Notes under the pieces: model-generated
Seen by the model: the letters and a program-made list of their open reading frames with translations, nothing else
Database searches by the model: none
Told to the model about the DNA's origin: nothing
Translations under genes and position numbers: made by a program
In this document: one piece after another, positions 56,201 through 64,000 of the stretch
Position numbering within the stretch: the stretch's first letter is position 1
Layout: every line of letters begins with the position of its first letter
From: Trichoplax adhaerens
Taxonomy: Eukaryota > Animalia > Placozoa
Assembly (NCBI RefSeq): GCF_000150275.1
Contig: NW_002060943.1
Coordinates: 1,788,832 to 1,852,831 of the forward strand
Direction: 5' to 3'
Length of the DNA: 64,000 nucleotides

Positions 56201-58148
56201 TTTTACATGAGGCACATATATAACATTGTATACTTAACGCAGCAATATTGTTAAGGATTGAAATTAGTTAAGGAATACTAACCCAGTATTTCATCAAATA
56301 ATGATGAAGTTGAGAAGAATCGTGGCTGCTATAGAATTAGGATATTCTCTGATTATCAAGTGTTGGTAGTGTGATATTAAACACGTAAAACTGCACTATA
56401 GGGAAATTTCTTTCCATACACTGTATGCCCTACGATATCGCACCAATGTCTCTTAATAGGAATGTAAGCTATTGGCTGGATGTTAGACAGCTAAGGCTCA
56501 TTTAATTGTGGTAAGGATCGAGAAAATGATGCCATGATAATTCATGAATATTGTATCATCTTAACATAGAAGCGTAAAGATGTTCTTCCAGGATTGAACT
56601 TCGATTACAGCTGCAATGGCATAATAAGCAGAGAAAACTGGCTTGTTCTATCATAACAACATTATGCAGAATTCTAAATATTTTATCCTATTTGCAAACG
56701 TCGGATCTTCCGATTTACTATACGCTTTAGCAATTAGCGATGATCTTTAGATTCTTTTTCATCGCTAACGATCCATTTAGCCGTAAACGTTAATATTTAA
56801 ATTCAATATTTAGTGGCTCTACCGTAGGAAGTGATGAATCATTTTTTACTTTCCATTGTTTGGAGCAATTTTGTTTGAAGTAATTAAATTATCGCTTAAA
56901 ACTGTCATACAATTTGAGTACAACCTGACATACTCGTATAACGTGACTAAACTAATATTTTTTCATAAGTACTGGAAGAAAACAAAACTAGAGGATAGTC
57001 TTCAATATCGAAAAGCTAATCGGATTTAAAGTCTATCTATAGAAATAGCCGATATTGCGAAAATATAGAATTCTACTGTTACCATCAGTAAAGCCTCCGC
57101 TAGAATAGCAAATCTGTTCAAATTATTAAAACATCTTAGAGGAGAGCTTTTCATGGCGAAATTGAAGTGTGACCTCATCAATAACAAATTTCCCAATAAT
57201 TTATAATGGGAAACATTTTTACTCCAATATTTAATGGTAGCAATCTCTGGCTATTTAATAGCGTTTCTGACGGAAGAATAGATAGTTATTGAATGGAATT
57301 AATACGATGTGTCGGTGCAACTAGTGAAGCATACGGTTATCATATTGCTGTATGGGTGATTTGTTCTAAGTAAAGCTTATAGCAAGATAGCAAATTGGCC
57401 CTTTTAAAAGTAAAATATGGTACTACTAACTGAGTGGTCGTTAGTGTATTCCTTTCATCAAAACCTGGCGAAAAGGTAGGAGTGAAGACATTATGGGCGG
57501 AGTAGAATTTCCTCAGGATTTTTCTATAACGATCGAGGTATTAGTTTTAAAGCAAAGACGACGAATAAACACGTGTAGAAAAGGTGATTGAATAGCAGCT
57601 ATGTTGTGATGGAAAGGCAATCTCTACACTCTGATGGATGCAAGACTATCCTCAATCGAATAGATCTGGCTATGGATAAATGCTCTGATACAATCAATTG
57701 GAGTACCTGGTTGATACTTGATACCACGCAAAGCGCATATAATGGCTGCATGCCATTGATCTGCAATCTTGATGTTGTCTTCTACTTCCTTCGATTGGGC
57801 AACACGTAAATAGACTGGAATAGAAATTCTCTTACAAGCGGAACCAATCTTTTTCTTGCGCATTGGATACCAAAATAAGGTCAAATAGCCACCACGATCA
57901 CGGCGTTTCGTCGATGTACCTCTTGATACTTTACAGCCAATAACATCTTTTAGTTGTATTACGCCATCATCACCTAGTAGTGATGCTGGAGGGCCACTAT
58001 CGGATACTTTAATACACATTTGATTCTGAGTTAAGACGACATGGCAAGGCCTTAGCTTATTTCTAGGCCATATTAATTGTAATGTATCTTGCATGATAAT
58101 TTGGCTAATTAACGTTGTCGACTTATTGGATATACGAATTTCTTCCAT
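53207..58148 (-). CDS. SPHK: Sphingosine kinase with an N-terminal PH-like domain
   Basis: Motifs LVFINPCSGSGKA, VVSGDGLIYE|VINGL, GILPAGSGNAL, FLSIGWGMIADIDIKSEKFHFLG..RFT, FAPPSRLDDG and LTVDGEVVDYGPIQ. First coding exon is 58148 to about 57707. Confidence 0.92.
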
Positions 58149-59109
58149 TTTCTGTCTTGATATCCAGAAGGAAATTTGCACGCGTCCCAAGTTGAAAGAA
58201 ACGACAAGAATTACCAATTTCCAAGTCGGTCAATAAAATGCTTAACCTATACTATGCTTCAAAGCCAGTCTGAAAATGAATATATTAATAATAAGACTTT
58301 TTTTTGGCATGGGTAGATTATTGATTGAAATTTCAGTTTGCCAATAGAAGCAGACTACGCAAGTTCTAATGACATTTTGCTTGTTTAACTCTTGAATACA
58401 GTACAATAGCTTCCGTATGGCACAAGCATCGAATGGATTTATATTACTTTTCGCTACTCCTAAGTCATTGCGAATTATTTTTCTATACTTTAGCTCAGAT
58501 ACGCGTAGGCCCATTAATAAACAATCTGCAACGGTCTAAAAATGACTCATACTATGTGTAATAGTATTCCAATAGTATTATCCAATTAAGATAGAATAAC
58601 AATAAATCAATTATTTCTGGCTATATTTAATCCACGGATTAATCATAGCGCAAAAAATAGACTAAATATCCATGCGCTAAGTATTGGCGATCAAAGTGAC
58701 ATTTTTCAGTTATCCAATGCAATCTGATTCGTAGGCTAGGTGTAATTATTCATCGACTCAGTTAATCTCTATCTATGTTTTGATTATACTTAATCAGAGT
58801 ATTGATCACAATTTTGCAATAATAACACAAGCCTACAAAATGCGGAATGGGTTATAACTTGCTTAAACCAATAGAACTACAAGACCATCTGCCTACCTCA
58901 TAGCATCGACTCTTGTAACTATCCTTGTCAAGTAGATAATACTCTACTCTAGAAAGATGATTAACACGATTTAAAGGGTCAATCTGTCATTCAACTTGCA
59001 ATCTTCATTAACGAAATACCAGCTAAAGAGTGGATCAAATTACCGTTAATTCCAATTATCCACTGTCAGTAATCATAATAATAGAAAAATGAGGAAAAAA
59101 AGTTCTCGT

Positions 59110-59140
59110 TCCTGACGTAATTTAGACCATGACGTCAGGA
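59110..59140. promoter_or_regulatory. Inverted pair of CRE/ATF sites (TGACGTAA and perfect TGACGTCA) upstream of SPHK
   Basis: TCCTGACGT...ACGTCAGGA forms a 9-bp inverted repeat. The canonical CRE is at 59130-59137, about 1 kb upstream of the SPHK start codon. Confidence 0.5.
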
Positions 59141-59223
59141 TCATGGCTTAATGTTCTATACTATTGCTGCGGTTAGCTAGAATGAATGGCGAGTTCGTGC
59201 CTACCGGAGAAATATCCTTCTTA

Positions 59224-59249
59224 TTGTTGTTGTTGTTGTTGTTGTTGTT
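59224..59249. repeat. (TTG)n microsatellite
   Basis: About 8-9 TTG units. Confidence 0.9.
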
Positions 59250-59274
59250 ATTATTTTTTTTTATCGTATACCGG

Positions 59275-59665
59275 CACTACCAACTTTCTTATGGTTTCTA
59301 TTCCGGACTAATTGATATCAGCAGCCATGAAAATACGATTGTAGTAAGCATCAGAGTAGTTCAAGTAGTGAAATGGGGTTAGGGTGAAGATTCTAAGCAA
59401 GAAATTAATCTATCCAAAATGGATACTGCTATATTTTATCCAACGTAGATGTGATAGATACCTAAACAGGTTGATATTCTTATGGCTTCTATGTCGTACC
59501 AACTGATTTCAATCGTAATGAAAATACGATTCTAGTAAATGTAAAAGTAGGTAAAGTATTGAAATGGGGTTAGTAGGAAGGTACAAAGTAATAAATTAAT
59601 CTTTGCAAAATGGATACTAGATATGTTATCCAGTGCAGACGCTAGATACCTAAACACCTTGATAG
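59275..59665. repeat. Diverged tandem duplication (units of about 190 bp)
   Basis: atgaaaatacgatt.tagtaa...tgaaatggggttag...aaattaatct...caaaatggatact...tatcca...agatacctaaaca occurs at about 59327-59468 and 59518-59656. Confidence 0.8.
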
Positions 59666-59947
59666 CCGTAGCTTGGACGTTCCATCTATCTGGTAGGGTA
59701 ATGTTTTGATCGTTGGAATAGTTGAAGACGTTGAAAATTGTTTATTATTGTTTAGATCGCGTAGTACAAATTGTTATTATTGGTTAGAATGATAATTAAT
59801 CTCAGTAATGGATAATGATGGACGGAATACATCATTGCCCTTGATTGATTCACAATGCGCCATTGTAACCTTGCGTAGGCTCTATTATTATTATCTTTTA
59901 AAGAGATATGTGTAAAATGGATATAATGGTCTTTCCTTGTTCCGCGG

Positions 59948-60052
59948 TAAACCTCAATGGAATGTTAGTTAATGAATGCTCTATAAACCTCAATGGAATG
60001 TTAGTTAATGAATGCTCTATAAACCTCAATGGAATATTAGTTAATGAATGCT
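59948..60052. repeat. 36-bp minisatellite, about 3 copies
   Basis: TAAACCTCAATGGAAT(G/A)TTAGTTAATGAATGCTCTA repeated head-to-tail with no spacers. Confidence 0.95.
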
Positions 60053-60589
60053 ATTGCTATTTTAATGGCGTTAAAGTTTCGCACCGCTACCAGAAAGTAG
60101 GAATCAGAATGAACAACGCTAATTAAAGCGAATCAACTCCTATCCTTGGTTGATTTTTCAATGTTGTCTCGGATAGGTTTCTACTGTTCAAGTCGATGTT
60201 ACTTTGTTTACTTTCCTTTTTTTGTAATCGATTGCAATAGAATACTACTGTGGTTAATTAATATAATACTCTAACTATTATAATAGCATGAAAGTGAACT
60301 TGGGATCAGTGACGATTCAAAATAAACAGCTTTTATCCATGCAAATGAAACTTTTTGGTGTTCTCGACAAACATGGATTATTGCCTTTGGTAGTCTTGTA
60401 TCGATCGAGCTGGATGTTCATTTGTCCTTTTCAGTACTTACTTTCAGTATTGGTGAGGTCGACGAAAAATTGAAAGCTGTTACATCACGCTAGCATTCGT
60501 CATAGGGTGGTAGTGCTAATTAGTCGATGTTGGTGCACTCTACTGAGTTTGTGTTTTACGTCATTCAACGGCTACTAATAATGTCTAAA

Positions 60590-61348
60590 GTAATGATAGT
60601 TTTTAAATTTGTATTAACGTAATAATTAATTAGTTTAATGCAAGGCGATTAAATAACCTATTGCTTAACCTACCATGTCATTGGTGCACTTTTATCGTGG
60701 CAACATAGGCCTATGCGTACGTATTACAGCGATGCAAAAGGTTGGGTTAGTTTAATAACTTACTTATTGATATATCTAATAAAATAAGGGTAGTTTTTGA
60801 ATTCGTATAACGAATAAGTAATGAATTGCAATATAGCTAAATAATTATACAATAATCTATTGCTTTAACCGATCATGTCATTGCTACACTTTCATCGTGA
60901 ATAATAATATACAGTAGGTCTACAGTAAGCGTTCGTATTATATCAACGCAAGAGGTTCAACTAGTTTAAGATACTTGCTAATGTATCTGAAGTAACGATA
61001 GTTTTTTAAATTTGGGTACCATAATAACCAATTGTAAGATAGTTGAAATATTTTATTCCTTAACCCGCCAAGCCATGTCACCGATGGATTTTTATCGTGA
61101 CTGATAACATAAGCCTTAGCGTAGTTATTGCTGTTAGAGGTTCGTCTAGTTAATGGCACTTGTCGATGTGCCTTGAGTCATGATAGTTTTGGAATCTGTA
61201 TACTGTGATAATAATTAATTGTAAGACAGCTAAATAATTTACCGCTTAATCTGCCATGTCATTGATGCACTTTCGTCATGACAACGTAAGCCTATCTGTA
61301 CGTACATCGATGCAAGAGGTTTGGCTAATTTAAGATACTCGTTGATGC
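60590..61348. repeat. Four diverged tandem units of about 190-200 bp
   Basis: Each unit has gatagtttt..a..t.gta...ataa...gcttaac...catgtca..g.t.cactt..atcgtg...ta.gcct...gca(a)gaggtt. The catgtca cores lie at about 60673, 60874, 61074 and 61255. Confidence 0.85.
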
Positions 61349-62444
61349 AGTAAACTTATTTTTACACTATACTAGTATGCAGTATTACTATACTAGTTGT
61401 AAGTACACAATCAAGAATTAGAAGCTCCTTGAGTGTGCATAGAAAAAAAATAATTGTATTTTCAAAAACTGTATAACATTGTAACTATACCAACCCTAAT
61501 TTTAGTTTTTTAAAATATTATGTTAACTTAGCAGTATTGATTTCAAATCTAGCCAAATAGTTTTACACTAGATAAACTGTCTAGGAATCAATAAAGAATC
61601 TATTTATAGTATCTTTTCAATTTACCATCATAAGAAAATAAATTTGCATCTGTACTCTTGGGGTTATTAAGAAACAAGTGAAATACAAAAATGAATTACT
61701 GGGCATTCAATTCAAATATGCTTCATAAAGCATATTGATTAGCTTAGCCAATTCACAAACTCATATATATACCAATATTTGTTACAGAAAAATACTGATT
61801 TTATTCAATATAATTCAATTCGGCAAATGCTATCATTAAGAGAGAAATTGATAATGGCATTTTAACCGGATTAGGTCATTCATTTTCAAGTACATGATAA
61901 TCATATAAATTTAATTACAGCGTATAACATAGTGGAATATTAGTAAGCTAATAGCTAGGCTTCATAGTACAGTACAATAATTTCTGTTATAGTACCATAC
62001 ATACAGTACTGTACAAGGTTAACGAGCCCGATGTACCCTAGAATAGTAAAATCAACAAAAGAAATTGCAGTAGTAACGATTATCTTGATATTGGACTTTG
62101 AAATATGAACTACTAAATGCATCATTTAACAAGTAAAAAGCTTTAACAATATTCATAAATGTGGAAAGTATCCAATTTAGAAATATCTATGGACACAAAT
62201 ATCAACAATCTACAGATGTAGTGACGCCTAAATTCAAAGAGTGTTGGCGTTCAATTCAGGCTTACCTATACTCGTATATACAAGAAATACTAATCTGAAC
62301 AGAATAATGAAAAGGTGGTACTCTTTGCTTATAAACGCATATCATCATTAATGGAATAAAATAGTAACCTACAAATTTGTCCTGCCTTATCTGCACAATA
62401 AATGAATATTTTATCTCCATTAACCTAAGCTACGATCATATCCG

Positions 62445-63845
62445 TTAGATATGCAAAAGTTGCAAGGTATTAGGTAAATCTGGAGTTTGATTTTGTTGAG
62501 TAGATTGTATTGTCTCATTGTTATTTTTTTTTCTTTCGTCTCTTCGTTTCTGTCGGTCTTTTTTAGCCAATTCTTTCCTCCGACGATTGGATATGTATTT
62601 ATTAGGTTGCTGATGACTAGATGGTCTTCCTTTGATATTGCCTTTACTCCCTTTGGAAGATGATTGTTGTAGCTTTCCATTCGAATGATTATCCAGGGCG
62701 ACTTTATCTTCATTCTCTGCAACAGTATGGTGAAGATGATGCCCTGCAGTTTTTTGTGTGCTTTGGCCATCTTGACTGGTTAATTCCTCAATTTGAACAA
62801 TATAAGCAACAGTATTACTAATATTATATTCATGTTCTCGTAAGGCTTCCCTAACCAAGTTAATATCTGTACAATTGGATAAATGCATCACTTCTAATTC
62901 AATTTCATTTGGTTGATGGATGAAAGTATTACCCATAGAATTTGTAGCATCAGCATTCTTATTTAAGGCGCTAGTAGTCACTGTTGTCGTTATTTCATTT
63001 TTGTCTATGCACGTCTCAGAGTGAGTAGGACTGGCACCGATGGATGTCGTTGATGTTGTATCTTGAGCTGGTGTTGGATGAGAATGGGGGATAGAATCAG
63101 GATGACTGGCATCTTGGCTTCTAGGTTCAGTATTATTATGACATTTTCCTTCGGTTGCATCTTGTATCCCTTTCTGTTTCTTTTTCGTGGATTCATTGCA
63201 AGCAATTTTATCACTATCAGATTTGAGTTGAATTAACTTCACATCCGCTGCAGCATGAGGATGGTTGTCCTTAATTTTTCGAACAGACGAGTAATGCTCG
63301 AAATCATGGTAGGAAATATGGAGTTCACGACTACCAGTCTTTGTAGGCCCATCTATTCCTTCAATTTGCCAGCATGGTTTATTAAGTTGATGAATGACAA
63401 TGGTAAGGCGATGAATTCTAGCAAAAGCAACCAATGCATCATTGCCAGCAAAGGTCCCTTCTTGACCAAGCAATTGGATATGTTTATCAAAGGAGACATT
63501 ATCGATCATAAATGGTTCAAAATCGTTGCGATTTTGGATCATATATTGCACCACTTGTTGACGATAGTTGATATGATTGGATTCATGGCCTTCTAATTGA
63601 TCAGCCAAAGCTCGAAATAAGCAGTTTCCATCACCGGTGATTTGGCGTATTTTCAGTTGTATCCGACTCAGTTGTAACTTTAAGCTGTTTTCTTCACTCG
63701 ACGACTGCGTTTGTTCTTTCTGACGGCGTATTTCACGCCTGGCAGCTCGTTCATCTCTTTTTCGTTGTTGTTGAGCTAGTCTTTGCGATTTTTGTCCATT
63801 ACTATTCTGTTTTTTACCCATGACGTTCCTGCCAATACCATGCAA
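62445..63845 (-). CDS. OTUD3: OTU domain deubiquitinase 3, intronless ORF (start may be the Met at 63821)
   Basis: [16 protein letters not shown] (Asp/Cys), [17 protein letters not shown] and [15 protein letters not shown] (His). A UBA-like segment [18 protein letters not shown]...TVAYIVQ is followed by a basic C-terminal [17 protein letters not shown]. Confidence 0.93.
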   Translation of the reverse strand: MHGIGRNVMGKKQNSNGQKSQRLAQQQRKRDERAARREIRRQKEQTQSSSEENSLKLQLSRIQLKIRQITGDGNCLFRALADQLEGHESNHINYRQQVVQYMIQNRNDFEPFMIDNVSFDKHIQLLGQEGTFAGNDALVAFARIHRLTIVIHQLNKPCWQIEGIDGPTKTGSRELHISYHDFEHYSSVRKIKDNHPHAAADVKLIQLKSDSDKIACNESTKKKQKGIQDATEGKCHNNTEPRSQDASHPDSIPHSHPTPAQDTTSTTSIGASPTHSETCIDKNEITTTVTTSALNKNADATNSMGNTFIHQPNEIELEVMHLSNCTDINLVREALREHEYNISNTVAYIVQIEELTSQDGQSTQKTAGHHLHHTVAENEDKVALDNHSNGKLQQSSSKGSKGNIKGRPSSHQQPNKYISNRRRKELAKKDRQKRRDERKKNNNETIQSTQQNQTPDLPNTLQLLHI

Positions 63846-64000
63846 GCTTGGCTATTGCAAATTTGCAATGCTATTAACAACCTTGCATCCAATTGGCTTT
63901 AGATCCTTCATTCATTGGCAACATCAGAATCCAATCCAATCTTGACCGCTATGACAGATGACAGTTTGGTGCTCGATTATACCGTACAGTGTGCATAATA

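Noticed and set aside
59164-59382. ORF with a poly-Leu hydrophobic stretch
   Set aside because: Produced by the (TTG)n microsatellite; it has a TTG start and no recognisable domain.
59948-60052. 36-bp direct repeats resembling a CRISPR repeat length
   Set aside because: The units abut with no unique spacers, there are no cas genes, and the context is eukaryotic. It is a minisatellite, and ORF 59908-60126 is its artefact.
62420-63596. ORFs 62420-62770, 63005-63214 and 63255-63596
   Set aside because: Alternative-frame or antisense overlaps of OTUD3.
1-64000. tRNA, rRNA, snRNA, U12-type introns or an intact transposase
   Set aside because: None was recognisable by eye. All introns I traced were GT-AG. 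A covariance-model scan could still find small RNAs.

Overview
This is AT-rich (roughly one-third GC), gene-dense animal genomic DNA with many short (about 60-100 nt) GT-AG introns. The architecture suggests a compact early-branching metazoan such as the placozoan Trichoplax (inference, not shown). Eleven protein-coding genes can be assembled by hand: g-type lysozyme (5'-truncated), LYPLAL1, a MINDY4B-like probable pseudo-deubiquitinase, MCCC1, a CXorf58 homologue, GRTP1/TBC1D6, two tandem LAMP paralogues, ATG4, sphingosine kinase and an intronless OTUD3. No tRNA, rRNA or CRISPR array is seen. The most striking unexplained signal is that non-coding DNA is littered with TA-(CAG/CTG/CCG/CGG/CGAG/CGCG)-TA words, often chained. 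These match Tc1/mariner-type excision footprints. One tandem-repeat copy carries two CAGTA insertions exactly at TA sites that are empty in its sister copies. Other highlights are an MCCC1-GRTP1-LAMP arrangement matching recalled human 3q27/13q34 microsynteny, a LAMP paralogue with an altered lysosomal sorting tail, RFX X-boxes upstream of two poorly characterised genes, and a small TIR/TSD element.
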